A DNA stretch of 64,000 bases from Antedon mediterranea (GCF_964355755.1 NC_092680.1:3348001-3412000); one strand, 5' to 3'. Counted from the stretch's first letter, positions 23,099 through 36,730 are shown. The notes: generated from the letters alone by a model not told the origin. Numbers and translations: made by a program.

Positions 23099-23482
23099 GT
23101 AAGTGTTTTTAAAATGTTGATTATATAATGTTGATTTGATATTTCTGATATGATTATTTTCATAATTGTTGTGATGTGGTTATGCCATATATATGATAGT
23201 TATAGTTTCCACAGATCCTTCTAAAATCTGTGCCTAAGGTCTTCTTTGTCAAGAACAAAATTTTCCAAAAAATCATACCAAGATTTTGTTTTATAACGGC
23301 ATAGATTGCCAGCTACTCTCTTCCATTCATTTTCAATATGTTTGTTTTTAATGCAGTGTTATGTTGGTCATTTTCAGCCTAGTATTAGAACTAGTAGAAG
23401 ATCTGTACCACCGATTTATGACTAGGCCTTTATAAACTGAGCCTAGCCTAGTAGTATTAGATTATTATTATTAATGTTAGGA

Positions 23483-23641
23483 CTACACTATCAAATTGTA
23501 TGTGAAAAAAAATTTGGCGTGCCCATTTATGGACATGGTGAAGTCATATCACTACCATATGTAAGCATATCACTAGTAACTACCATATTTGGGCACATCA
23601 CACTTTTTTTGTCAAACTAGTTTGATAGTGTAGACAGAGCT
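23483..23641. mobile_element. Harbinger-like MITE family A copy
   Basis: ctacactatcaaa...agtttgatagtgtagacagagct-TAA. Confidence 0.85.
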
Positions 23642-23826
23642 TAACATGAAAATATCTGTAGACAGCATTAAAAATACCTATATTAATATTGCTAAGAAAT
23701 TTAAATTGAAGTTAAAATTATGTCAATAAAGTTTTGAATTTTAGCCACTGTTTACTCAATTTTGTTGATGTCCCCATTAAAAAGAAATGCTTTTTCCTCC
23801 ATCCCAAATTTGTTAGGAAAAATATC

Positions 23827-24025
23827 AGGCCTTGTCTTTTGAAAATTATAGGTGTGCTACAAATTGCGCTCCTCAATACATTTAGGGGTGCTGTAGGTGT
23901 GTTGTTTGTATTTGGTGTGTAGAAGATTAAAGAAAAATTAAGCGTGAAAAATCACACTCCTCACGGGCAGTTTAGGAGTGTGTTAGGTGAGTGATCGCAC
24001 TCGATCACCCTAAAAGACAAGGCCT
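23827..24025. mobile_element. MITE with 14-bp TIR
   Basis: aggccttgtctttt ... aaaagacaaggcct. Confidence 0.7.
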
Positions 24026-24342
24026 AGAAAATAGAAGCAGCGGTTGACAGTAAACAAAATGTGTTCAGTCTTATGTAACGATTGTGATAATGATTTTATC
24101 GCTATGGTAGAGATAGATGTTATTATAGATTATATTTAGTATAGGTCACAAGAGTATTACTGTTGTATTAATAGTAAGATAGTAAGATATTATGTTATTG
24201 GTACCACAGCTTTGATATTTTGATAATTCTTGCGATTATACACTGATTATAGATTGCGTAATAGCTAAAAGAATACACACATATTTCGCTCTAATCTATT
24301 TTGGTATAAATGCTTTAATTAATTTAACCTTTCATTTTACAG

Positions 24343-24466
24343 GACTATATGCAATGCAACCAATGTATTAAAATTAGCTATCAAAGGCTGTTTTGAAAAT
24401 TGTCAATATTGTCTCTATAGCAACAAATTAGGACCATTGATTGATAGTTTGATGCACCAATTACAG
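24343..24466 (+). CDS. SCAPER: SCAPER exon 21 (followed by a GC-AG intron)
   Basis: ttacag| TICNATNVLKLAIKGCFENCQYCLYSNKLGPLIDSLMHQLQ |GCAAGT; the GC donor is needed for a phase 0 join to exon 22. Confidence 0.9.
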
Positions 24467-24574
24467 GCAAGTAATTTAACCTTTAACCTTATTCAATTCA
24501 TATAATTAATTAAAAACTAAAAGGGAAGATAATGCAAACAATTTTTCATGGCTAGACTACAATAAATGTAATGA

Positions 24575-24706
24575 TCTGTCTACACTATCAATGTTTATGT
24601 GGTAAAAAAAGAGTGTGATGTGTCCAAAATATGGTAGTGATATGACATCATCGTGTCCATATATAAGCACATCACATTTTTTTGTCGCATAAAGTTTGAT
24701 ATTGTA
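24575..24706. mobile_element. Harbinger-like MITE family A, degenerate copy
   Basis: tctgtctacactatcaa...aaagtttgatattgta with the family internal sequence. Confidence 0.8.
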
Positions 24707-25195
24707 AATTACTAGAGCTGAAAGATCACCCTAATGTACAATTTTCTGTACTATCTGTGTGTACTTGCCAACTAGTCAAAAAAATTGAATTCTTCATTGA
24801 AAACCAAAAGCTGCCCGTCCTTTACTGACCTGGAATTAAACTAGAACCCTTTTTAGCCCATCCTCTAAAGTAGTATTTTCATAAACATGAACAACTATTG
24901 TATCCCTGTGGTATTTCATGTCTGTTTTTAAATATTGATTGATTTAAAATAATATATCTCGAGTATGTTTAAATATTTTTATAATTTTATTAATATACAT
25001 TTTAGAATTTAATGTTGAAAATGTACTCGTACTATTTCCATTTTAAATTGGCAAATAAAATAGAATCAGAAATCTGAATCTGAACTGATAACAATATAAG
25101 TGTTTATCTTCTGCAATTTTTTGTTATATTATTCAGAATATTATTGCCATGTGTATTCCATTAATTATAGATTTTTTTTTATTTATTTAAATTAG

Positions 25196-25431
25196 ACTAT
25201 TATACCTGATGATGAAGAATTCTCTCCACTAAACACAAGTGGCAGTTCCGATAATTGGAAACCTCCCTCTGATCCTGTAGCTACCCATATCATGCAAGTA
25301 CTTTCTTCCATTTTCCTTTGTCTTTCCAAGAATGGGCCAACTACTACGAGTAACCCAGTAAATGAGAAGCGAGGTGAGGCCCAAAAGAAGAAGGCTGACA
25401 CTTTTCAACAGTGGGGTCAGGATGTTATCAG
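25196..25431 (+). CDS. SCAPER: SCAPER exon 22
   Basis: aattag| TIIPDDEEFSPLNT...FQQWGQDVI(S) |gtatgc. Confidence 0.92.
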
Positions 25432-25490
25432 GTATGCAGACACAGTTTATTTTATTAATACCTTCTACTGCTACAAATATAATAAGCTTT

Positions 25491-25745
25491 GAGCGAGTCA
25501 AATGGCTGATCGGTTAAGGCAGGGGCGCTGTTTACCGTATTTAAAGAGCCAACAGCATTGGCAAGGGTTCGAGACTCGCTCCTAGTTCTGGTGGTGGAAC
25601 AAGGATAAGGACTATAAACCGTTCCAGTGTACACAGTTATAACCTGTGTACACTTTAAAGAACCCAGTTCATTATTCGAGAAGTGTAGGTGGTTACCCCG
25701 GTGAACTGGTTCACAAAATAGCCCCTGTATCAGGGGGATTATACC
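25491..25745 (+). mobile_element. tRNA-derived Deu/Nin-domain-like SINE
   Basis: A box tggctgatcgg, B box gggttcgagact, core ggactataaaccg...cactttaaagaacccag...ggttaccccggtg. Confidence 0.7.
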
Positions 25746-26130
25746 ACCTGATAGATAGAATGTCCCTTTAATACAGGTTGGCTGTGGTGTTAAATTTCCA
25801 CTTGTTTGTTTCAGGGGATAGTGTTTCTTTCATAGGGGTCTCCTAAAGGATGGATTCTATTTGTATCTGGTGCTTTTTTTTCTTAATTAAGTTTTAACTT
25901 TAGTATTTTATGATGGTTTTTTTTCGTTACAATTTATCTATCATTCCCATTTTTCAATACAATACATAAAGATATAATACAAAAAGAAAGAAATTAAATA
26001 TCTATTTTTTGAAATTGTGTTTAATGTTTTGTACTTTTATCATTTGCCACTGTTACAGAAGTGATGATTTAAATCAATATTGTTATTCATATATGCTGTT
26101 GAACAATATTTCTATATATTTTGATTGTAG

Positions 26131-26286
26131 TTACTTGGTATGCAGTGGAGTTGTTGATAAGTTGACCACCTATTTTAACGGCATTAGAGGAACGATAGAT
26201 GAGGAGGAGAAGAGTGCAGACTTCCTGCAACATGGCCTTGCTGTACTTGCTGCAGTTACTAAGTTTGTCACTGTCACCTCATCAAA
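26131..26286 (+). CDS. SCAPER: SCAPER exon 23
   Basis: ttgtag| YLVCSGVVDKLTTYFNGIRGTIDEEEKSADFLQHGLAVLAAVTKFVTVTSS(K) |gtatgt. Confidence 0.94.
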
Positions 26287-26734
26287 GTATGTGAATTATG
26301 AAATCTGTAGAATAAAGAAGGCTTGGACATCTTGTTAAAAAATTAACGCCATTACTTGTAGATAAAGGAGTGTAGAATGATAAGTTTTCAACCACGAGAT
26401 ACAATTAGGGTGAAAATACAGTCACTTGCTTAACTGGAAAAAAAACTGTTCATTTTGGATTGCCATAACAGACTTCCAATACCGTACACTTTTGAACTGG
26501 CCTAATATGTCTGGTTTTCTAGCAAGTCTAGTATTATGAATGTAAAGGGACTGGTATTGAAAGATTGACTGTTTTTATTTGAACCTAAAGGAGTTTGTCA
26601 AACATAACATTATTATTATCACAGTAAGATATCCAAACTCCCACTCCCTCCCAGTCTGAATATTGAAATTATTTCATTAAGTACATTGTTATTGAACTTG
26701 AACATCTTTACATCTATATATCTTATTCCTGCAG

Positions 26735-26972
26735 ATCATATGATGTATTTGCTAGCAAGCATGAAGACCCTACGCAGCTAATTGTTACATTCCAAGCCAC
26801 TGGTCTTGGAGGTATTGTTTCATTGCTGTATGGTGTACTACTCCATGGCGGTGCTCCTTCGCGTGGGGATGCAGTCACTCCACCTGAGCTACCAGAACAC
26901 ACCTTGAGTGTTGTGAATGCTGGTATACGAATGCTTAGTAACATTGCATTGCTTGATCTTACCATATTACAG
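26735..26972 (+). CDS. SCAPER: SCAPER exon 24
   Basis: ctgcag| SYDVFASKHEDPTQLIVTFQATGLGGIVSLLYGVLLHGG...LDLTILQ |gtacag. Confidence 0.95.
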
Positions 26973-27207
26973 GTACAGTAACTGAATTGCAAAATAAAGT
27001 GCAACATGAAACTAGCATTGCATACTGCGTTGTCAGATCAAGTTAAGCAACGTTGTGCCTGGTTGCATTCACATATTGGTTATGTACAGATCTCACTGTC
27101 CTTATATTAAAACAAATTACAGTGTTGTAATTAAACATGTCCTATAACACCTCAGATACGTTCAACACATTATTAAGATATAACAATATTCATATTTGTA
27201 ATTGCAG

Positions 27208-27360
27208 AGTGCCTTAGGAGAAGAAGGAATCTCCCTTGAGTTCAGACACATTGCAACCTATTTAATTTGGTATTGTAGTCACTATGTGAACTATAGTGAT
27301 CTCCTACATGAAGTTATGTTGATTGTTGGCTATTTCACCGTCTTCCATCACGAAAACCAG
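27208..27360 (+). CDS. SCAPER: SCAPER exon 25
   Basis: ttgcag| SALGEEGISLEFRHIATYLIWYCSH...LLHEVMLIVGYFTVFHHENQ |gtaaac. Confidence 0.96.
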
Positions 27361-28499
27361 GTAAACTTATTTTAAATTCAAGTTTTAAAATCATATCAAT
27401 GTTAAACATTTCAATTAGAAGTTCAAATGTTATTTAGAGTTTTTGAAAATTCCACTTTTACGTTTAATTTAAATTGTATATTTAAAGTTATATGTACCTT
27501 ATTTCTAGCTGTTGTCCGTACACAGAAAAATGTCAACTTTATTGTCCTCTAAGATGTTCTTTAAGACGACAGAATTTCACGCCAAACTCCGCCCAATTAA
27601 TCATGAGCACAGTCCAGTAACTTCCCGTCCTGTTTAGTAAAGTCCCTCATATGAATTTTGGGAAGTACTTTTCAGAAATATACATTTGTGGAATTCTCTA
27701 CCAATTTCAATCAGACAGTGTACAACTCTAAACTTGTTCCAAGACCCAGTTGAAATCTTTCCTTTTCAAACAAATTAAGATAATATATTTATTGGTTCAT
27801 CATAAAATATGTTGGAAATTCATTTTCCAAATGGCGTACACATACAAAAATACATATAAATTACAAATATTATTGTATAAATATTGCCACTTCTCATCCT
27901 AATTTATGTACAGTGCATTGAGAGCTTGCTTATATGCCCTATGTAAGAATAAAGTAGGTTAATATATTATTTGAGGTTCATGAATATAATAATGATTTGC
28001 ATAGATAAACTAGATTCAAATAGATTTCTATTATTACAAATTGCATTTCCTAGATGTTTCATATTATTTTATTTTGATGATAATAGTCCTTTATAATTTG
28101 TGTAACCTAACTGGATATGGGTCACAGATCTGTCATATGTAGGTTCAACGCACCTTTGTGTCCTAGACAATCAACACAAGCATCTTTATCTACCGTTTTA
28201 ATTTCAATTGTTTTTTTTTGTGGGGGTGGTTGTGGTTGTGGTGGAACAGACTAGCGTGCAAACACTCTGAGCTTAGCATGCATCTGTACACATGTTATTT
28301 AGGGTTCAGTATTTGCACCTTATAGTTCAATTCTGATTTTAAACATTATAACAAACTGCAAAGCATCCATTGATGTAGAATACAGTACACACAGTACATG
28401 TTCCACCCTGCACTTGCACATTTAAACCATGCTACCTGCCATGCATATTCCTTTAATTCTATAGATATTGTGGTTGATTGTTTTTTTTTTTTTTTTATC

Positions 28500-28650
28500 T
28501 TTATACTGGGTGACCTCTTCAGTCAAAGACTGATCTCCCAGAGGGCCCAGTTGGTGATCAGTGGCTGTGATGTACTAATACACCGGGGTAACCCCCTACT
28601 CGTCTCGAAAGATGTACTAGGTTCTTTAAAGTGCACACGAGCAAGTTGGT
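28500..28650 (-). mobile_element. Deu/Nin-domain-like SINE 3' part
   Basis: Reverse complement of the gcactttaaagaacctagtacatctttcgagacgagtagggggttaccccggtg core and tail. Confidence 0.65.
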
Positions 28651-30552
28651 AGTAATTCTTTGGTGTCTACATTCTAGATGGATGTTGTATGAAAGATTAC
28701 TTAGTAATTTAAGTTAAACATACCACGAAATTTAAATTTGGACATCTTCAAAATAAGTGTCACGTGACATTTTAAATTGATTTTTCTTTATACTGGTTCA
28801 ATTTTCAGTATCAGACTGCTATCCCAGAGGGCCCAGCATACAAACCACAGAACAATTTAAAATTTGAAAAAACTAACAAATAGAAAACAACACACTTATA
28901 TATTTTATTGCCAGCATTCTTTGATCCTTGGAATCTTATTGTAAAAATGCATACTCTCAACTTTAATTAATAAATATTTTAAAGAAGTTAATGTTTGTTA
29001 GTATGAAGCAGAATAAATCTACTAAAACTTTTTCACTTCTGAAAATGTTCTCAAAGCTTCCCTTTTACATTTCTATTTTTTGAAAATATTAATTACTGTG
29101 AATTTGAACTAAAAATGTTCAAGCATGAAGTATGTAAGCATTTTATATAATGCTTACAAGTTCAAGTACATGTCAAGTGTAATCCCGCCAGTGGAAATTA
29201 CATGTTAATATTAATGTCGAACAAAAGTAGATTTAATGGAAATAAATCTATTAAATATGAGTTGAGATTTCGGGCACATTAGCGCAGATCTTGGATCGTA
29301 ACGCCATCGTCTTTGTTCGCAGATGGTAAAGTGTCTGTCTGATCACTTCACGTTAAAGAACACTTGAAAATAGTTTTTCAACTTTACAGTCAGTAGAGGA
29401 ATGATCTAGTGCTGTGCGAAAAAAAACCAAAATAATTGAGTTATAAGTTATATATTGAGAATTTTATTAATTAATAGACAAGTTATAAAGTTAACAAGTT
29501 CTGTTTTTCTTCATAAAACAACTTTGTATTTTTCTTCATGAAAAACGTTGTGTTTTTTGATGAACTTTTTTCTATTATTTTGAAAGAACATTTCATAATA
29601 TTATATTTGTGTATATATATAATGTACTGTACCTCTCTACAAAAAAGAAAAAGACAAGAACAGAAAAAGGAAACAAAATACATTTCATTTCATTAATATT
29701 AAACATACCCAGCAGCAATACGCTTACTTTCAACCGTCAAATATACACATAGCATCGTCACTTTTAATACGGCAAGAGCCAACCACGGTAGGTGTGAAAC
29801 CTGTGGTGTCGCCTCAATGTCTTGGCCTGATTTTCACGTTCGTTTTTGACTGTGTGTACTACACATGCTGTTTGTTTTCTTGATAACTTCATGTTCCCAA
29901 ATTCCCTCCATATACATAATTCATTGAGTTTACACTCTACCTATGGTTAAACATTCTGTACATCACTCGGAGTGTTATCTGCAATTTCCAGGTGAGAGTG
30001 ACTTGGAGACGGCCACGGACAGGTGTCTAGTTAATTTAAACCCTCGCTGATCAGCAGCTGCTTTGGGAAAAAAATTCATAAATTGAAATTAAAATATTAA
30101 GGCCATGCCCTTGATAATCTTAAAGGTTATATTGCTGATTGAGGATTGAATAATAATACTATTGATTATCAATACAGAAGTATGTTTACTTTAATACATT
30201 GTTTGTACAAAAGTACCCAAAGTTTTAGATCAAGTTAATTATATCAAATGATATTCTATATATTTTTCTATTCATATTTTTCTATCTTTTCTATTTTCTG
30301 CTACTGATACCGCTTACTGTTGTTACCTCTCACTGTAATCACTCGTTTGTGTAAATTTGGCCTTCAAACCTCATTATTAATTTTGTCAAATAAGTTGAGC
30401 AAATGTAATAATAATTATACATTTTGACGAGATATGTATAGTAATAGTCTCATATTGTCCTTTAACTTTAAGGGAAAAAAATTATTCATTTTTTGGCCAA
30501 AAATAAAAGAGTTAATTTATAAAAAACACACGCTAGTTCACTCTCTAGTTAA

Positions 30553-30818
30553 AGATGTATGTAACATGAAAAATGATGATTAATAAATCTGACTTTAAAT
30601 AGGCCATTTTGCAGTTATTCACTTCTGTAAAAAAAAATTAAAACAAATAATGATTTCAAAAAAAGACAAACAAAACGGTTTAATTTAAAGGAATTACATT
30701 TTCTTCAGGTAAATCATCTTTTTTTTTTCGATCCAGTTTTTGGTAAAAGTAAATAACTATTATTAAAATGGAATAATAAAAAAAAAAATTTTAATTTTTT
30801 TCCGGGGACAATATATCT
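30553..30818. mobile_element. Kolobok-like TTAA MITE copy
   Basis: TTAA-agatgtat...ccggggacaatatatct-TTAA. Confidence 0.7.
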
Positions 30819-32800
30819 TTAATTATATAACCTCTTTTTTTCTCTAAAGGTTTTTTTTATAATTTTTTGATTAAAAAGCAGCAATGTATGTAATCACTGG
30901 TCTCACAGAAACACTACCACAATCATCAATCTGAATTATTATTTTAAGATTAATTCTTTGTTTTCTTAAGTAGTGCAGTCGGAGTGTATTCATTTGGGTG
31001 GGGACAAATTAATATTTCTAACAATAACATGGAAATAGTAATAATAAATAGTACATTTTACTGATTGGAAATGAAAATAATTGCTTGAATGCACTACTGG
31101 TAGTTATTACATTCAAATGTGATAAAGGATGAGCTCTTGTTAAACTCATCACAGTTTTTTTTGTCGTCCTTCTTTATTTTCTTTTTTTTCCTACAAACAA
31201 TTTGACATAATAAATACTACATTTAATATTTTATTAACTTTCTCCTATTTAATAGGAATCTCTAAATAAGATGCAAAAAAAAAGAAGAAATAACAAAATA
31301 TAAAATTGACAATAAACAATTTTTAACCCCAATAATATTATACCCCAATATAGTCTTCCAATTTTAGTCTTCCAAATGTTATTTTTTAAGGAAGAAATTA
31401 CCATTTTGTAATCATACCTATTAAGATAAGTTCACAATTTCTTGATAGTGTCTAACTATTTTTATTTTCGTCGCCTCCTTCAATTATAAAGTACAGCATG
31501 CACCATAATAAAATCGCATTGCATTATGCTTTTGTAAAAACATTTTTGTTTGACCTAATTTTGGTTACCTTTAAAATAAGAGACAAATAAATATTTTGGT
31601 TGAAATCATTCATTCTTTTTATCTCCCATTTGTTAGCTGATTTATAGAGTTTCTAAAAAGATCACAGTTGAATGGAATTTCAAGGTCATTCATATATCTT
31701 TATCTATCTATTTATCTAAAACTACAAAATGTAATTGTACTTTTGAACTTTTCTATTTCTTAATCAAACTGCGCCAGTATGATTTATTCATAGGATATTA
31801 ATTACATCTTTGCCGTTTCATACATAGAGTCTATTTGTATCATCCCTATCGTATGGAAATAATAATTTATCTTTTGTTTTCGAAAAAAATCATTCAATTC
31901 GATCATAAACTTTTTTGAGATATTACATAAATGCATTCCTTGGTAAATTATATAATTATGAACATACTGTTCAAAATTTAAAATGTTCAGTATTATAGTG
32001 TATGAACAGTAACTTTTTTCAACATTAAAAGTTATTAAAATACATATCACATACTTACATTTTACCACTTAATTAGGGTGCTAATTCAATTTCATATTGT
32101 CTAAGAGATTTAATAATAGATAGATAATACTAAATAGTCAATTTATTTTGACAGAGGTAGTTATGTCATGTTTAAGTTTTTTCCAGATTTGGGGGCCAGG
32201 TAATGACCAATTACACAATAATGCGTAGGTGTACAAGCTCACTATTATATCCATAAGCACCCAGTACATACATCATTTTGCACTCTCTTACACTATGAAT
32301 GTGCTTTTTAAACACCTACTATATATTTTGTATTATATAAGAGATTATATTCCTCTATTAATACTAAGCCTATTCTATCTTTCAAAGTTAGGGCACTTTT
32401 TTTTATTTTGTCCAATTGCATTTTACTTAACTAAAAATATTAAATTCAATATTTTTTCCCTTATAATAATATAAGTAAATGACTATTGGACTATAGAGAC
32501 TCTGTAGTTGATGCAGAGGAACCATTTTATTGTTCTGTTCTCTAGCACTTTAAAGCGCCCAAATGACAGCTTGCCAGAAAATAATTCACAGGAGTTTAGT
32601 GAAAAAAGACATCTGAATATCCCATCCTATTTCTTTTAATGAATTCAATGATGACCAAAATAATTTGTAGATTGTAAAAAGTTGTTTTAGATATTGATTG
32701 ACACTGCTTCTTATTTTATTGACACTCATTGATACACCCTCAACTTTTGAAATAAAAATTTTCACTTTTTAGGGGATAGGTGATAGGAAAACCTGTTTAA

Positions 32801-32977
32801 AGGGTCTTTCACACCTCTTCCGGGAAACATTTCCGGTCCAGCTTCGAAAAATCTAATCGAACGCGTCAATGTTTCATTTTCACGTGGCTACTGTATGTGC
32901 ATATCGATTGCCGCATAGCCATGTGGAGTTTTATTTTCCGGAACCGGAACTGTGTCGCAAAAGGTGTGAAAGACCCT
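32801..32977. mobile_element. Harbinger-like MITE family B
   Basis: TAA-agggtctttcacacc ... ggtgtgaaagaccct-TAA; TIR of at least 15 bp, 3-bp TSD. Confidence 0.85.
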
Positions 32978-34595
32978 TAAAAATGGTGAGATATTAAAGA
33001 ATACATCATTTTCAATATCATAATCAAAAGTTTGGGTTTTAATGTTTCTAAAAGCAATGCTTCCAAAAACTAATTATTTTATTTATGAAAATAACAAATA
33101 TCGTACACTTGATAAGTGTTAGTTAAGTAGTTCATTATGATTTCATAGAAATATATAGAGCATAATTGTATATTTTATTGATGAGTCTCACTGTGAATTA
33201 GATTACCTGAGCGTCGGGCACCCCCAGGCTTATTGTCCGCTTCTCCCCAGTGTGCCAGGTAAATCCTTATGGATTCTCACTGTTTGTACTAGGAGGTGTT
33301 TGGTTATTAAATTTTTACGAGCTTTATGAAAAATACTGGAACAAACAATAAATATTTTGGTGAGAACCTGTACTGTTGTTACATTAGACTGAATACCTGT
33401 GTAAGAATTTGTAAATTTAGTGTTCACATTTTAGACGAAATTAATTTCCTTCGATTCATTATTAATATGTTGATTCATTTCTGACATACATTATAAATTA
33501 TTGATAAATCACCATTTGTTCTAATTCAAAATCACTGTTTTTTTTTATGGGCTTTTAAAAGCATGTGGCATGTATGTTTTATATTTGAGGCAGGAATTAT
33601 TAATTCATCTTTTTGTTTAAAGTGATATTTTCTTAATATTCATGGTTAATCCTTTTTAGTTCATTTATTTTACATGATACTTATTGTTAGAATAACACAT
33701 TTATTACAATTTCTAATGCAATTTTAACACAACATTGAAAAACAAATTATCTAAACATTTGTGGAAATTTATTCCAACCGATTTGATACATTTCGAATCG
33801 AATAAACTTTAATGAAAATCATGAATGAACCTGTCGCCTTGAAATTATAATAGGGCACTTATCTTCAAGGTCGTAATTTTGAGCGATTGCGAGGGATTTG
33901 TGTGTAGTGCTCTTATTGCGAATTTAAGTCGCAGGCAGTCTGAAATTGAGTGCATTATACTACTCGCTTAAGTGTTGTACTATCATTCAATTATGAATTC
34001 ATATGCTGTTAATAGAAAATGACATTAATTCCCGAGTTATATGCAAAATATATCACTACATGAAAAATCGTTTACGATGCTATGTGTAGATATATAGTAA
34101 AACAACATAATGTATTCTAGAGATAAAAATTAAAGATAGAAAGATAGAGTATAATTGTCAGTACCCACATTTCTCTGCCAACTTATTTCGCCAATGCTCT
34201 GGCTTTAAGAATAAACATCATAACTTGCAGAGAAAAATATATAAAAAAATAAATAATTCACTAGAATTATTTCTGATTCTGAAAATAATTATTTTATATT
34301 TATTTATAAATCTACTTTATAATCACCTGAATTTTTAATGAATTTTAATTTTTGGTTTTTATGTATTGATATTTTTATATTGGTAATGTATTTTAATATT
34401 GGATTTTATTTATCAATTTATTATTATTATTATTTGTTTATCTATTATACTTTTACCTATAAATGTAAATGATTTTGTAAATGCAATTTATTCAGATTTT
34501 TGGTTTTTTTTTTTTATACTATTTCGGTTGTTTCTTTTTCTAATTATCGATACAACATTTTTAAACATTTTAAAATCTTTTCTTTCTTTTTTTAG

Positions 34596-34787
34596 ATTAT
34601 CGTTCAATCTGGCAAAACCCCAACCCTCCTGCAACAATTGTGTGCATTACCATTCCAGTACTTTAGCGATCCGCGTCTTATGGCCATTTTGTTTCCTACA
34701 CTCATTGCCTGTTGCCATAACAACTCGGAGAACAAGATAATTCTGGAGCAGGAGATGAGTTGTATGCTGTTGGCAATTTTTATTGAG
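34596..34787 (+). CDS. SCAPER: SCAPER exon 26
   Basis: ttttag| IIVQSGKTPTLLQQLCALPFQYFSDPRLMAILFPTLIACCHNNSENKIILEQEMSCMLLAIFIE |gtgagc; very close to the remembered human C-terminal region. Confidence 0.97.
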
Positions 34788-36457
34788 GTGAGCCACCTAA
34801 TCATGCACTTTTTGTGTCCTTAATGTGTCTCCAATTAATTACTTATCCGACAAAAAGTACAATTGATTACCATCCCCAGTTCATGATTAACTTTTGAAAT
34901 TAAAGTCTACGGATATTTAACGATCTATTATACATGTATTTTAACAATAAATAAATGCATGCTAATTTGTCTTTATACTATGAAATATATGGTTCATAAT
35001 TCACCACAATGTTGATGTTTCTGTGCTTGCCTTCCAATCCCAAGGTCTAGTCCAGAGTTTGGCTCTATATTGCGAACATTAAATTGCATTTAAGAAAGTT
35101 ATCTGACATGACAATAGTTGTGACATCGTGATGTCATTTTACCAAATAGTATTTTCCATTGAGTGTCAAACATTCTGAAATAGTCTGAAATACATTTAGC
35201 CAGCAGAGGATAAATTTTCGATCCAATATTGAATGTTATGCATCTTTTTTAACAGTGTAAAAGGCTATTTGCTATTTTCACTTGCAAATTGCAGGTATAT
35301 TATCAATATGACAAATTTATGTTTTTAAATGCATTGGTATAAAAGAAAAAATAAAAGAAATTTTAATTATAATTATAATAATTATCAACATAAAATATAC
35401 TAAGTGTAATTTTATTATTGTTAAAATATTCATCAAATTTTGTCTGAAATATTAATGATGTTATTATTATGTAAGTACGTTGTCTGTTTCTCAAGTCACG
35501 TCTTTCAGATCTTAATACATATCCATAACACTATCATTACAACCATTGCCAAGATCATTTTTCTTGTTGAAAGGTAATTCTATTTTACACTGTCGTAGCA
35601 TTCGGCTAATGGCTGTTGTAATGGTGTTCTCACGATGTCTTATAAGCTACCTCATTATAAAATTCTTATCAGTTTCTCTTTAGCTAATTTATCCCTAATA
35701 TGTTGCACTCGTGTTGAACACAACGTTAAGTTATTTTGCTTTATGTCGTTTACCCGCTTATTGATTGATCCTAATGAATTTCTTATGTCGTTTATTTTGC
35801 ATTTTCATGACCAACAGAGTTCTAAGTTTTTACGCTCTTACTTAAGAATGCCAGTGCACTTAATTTTTAGACGTTAGTAACATTAGCTAATGTATTGGCC
35901 ATGCATTAGTTGTTTATAGACAGATCGGTAAAGATACACCGCACTTACTTACATAGAATATTGTGTGATTCTTAAACACATTGTAGTATTTCTGTTCCTG
36001 ATACTAATTCAAAATTGACTACACTGTTCAGAATTTGTTAATGTCAGAGTATGCAATGTATCTGTGGAATCACGAAATGATATACGCCATATTAGGTGAT
36101 TGAGAAAGTCACAGCAAAAATAATTCAAATTTAATTATTGATGCAGAAGACTGACGAGAAAAGGGTTAAACCACAAACATATAGGACAAACTAATCCAAA
36201 AAGTTACTTATGAAGAAAAGGATTGATGTTTTGAAAGCTGGTTCTTGACAGAGAAGCATAAAGATCTAACAATGACATCAATTGATGGAAAGTCTAAGCT
36301 GTATCATAGACCTAGCAGTTGGACACTGTCATAGCAATGTTAAATGTGAAAGCAATGGTGGATTTAAAACCAAGCAGTTTTTGGAGGTAAAAACCTTTGT
36401 AGCTGGGTACGAAACCTACCATACCAAGTCGGATGGAAGCAGTAGTACCTAGATGAA

Positions 36458-36730
36458 AAACTAGCAATGTTGAATAGAAAACTTCTGTAGCAATGTCGGA
36501 TAGAACACCTAGCAATGTTGGACACAAACTCAGCATTGCTGGACACAAACCTAGCAATGTTGGACACAAACTCAGCATTGCTGGACACAAACCTAGCAAT
36601 GTTGGACAACAAACTTAACATTGCTGGACACAAACTTAGCATTGTTGGACAACAAACTTAACATTGCTGGACACAAACTTATCATTACTGGATACAAACT
36701 TATCATTACTGGACACAAACCTATCATTGG
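36458..36730. repeat. 21-bp minisatellite
   Basis: Alternating acctagcaatgttggacacaa / actcagcattgctggacacaa units. Confidence 0.9.

Noticed and set aside
36312-36642. Repetitive minus-strand ORFs (MLSLCPAML..., FVSNIAR...)
   Set aside because: Translations of the 21-bp minisatellite, with no protein family signal.
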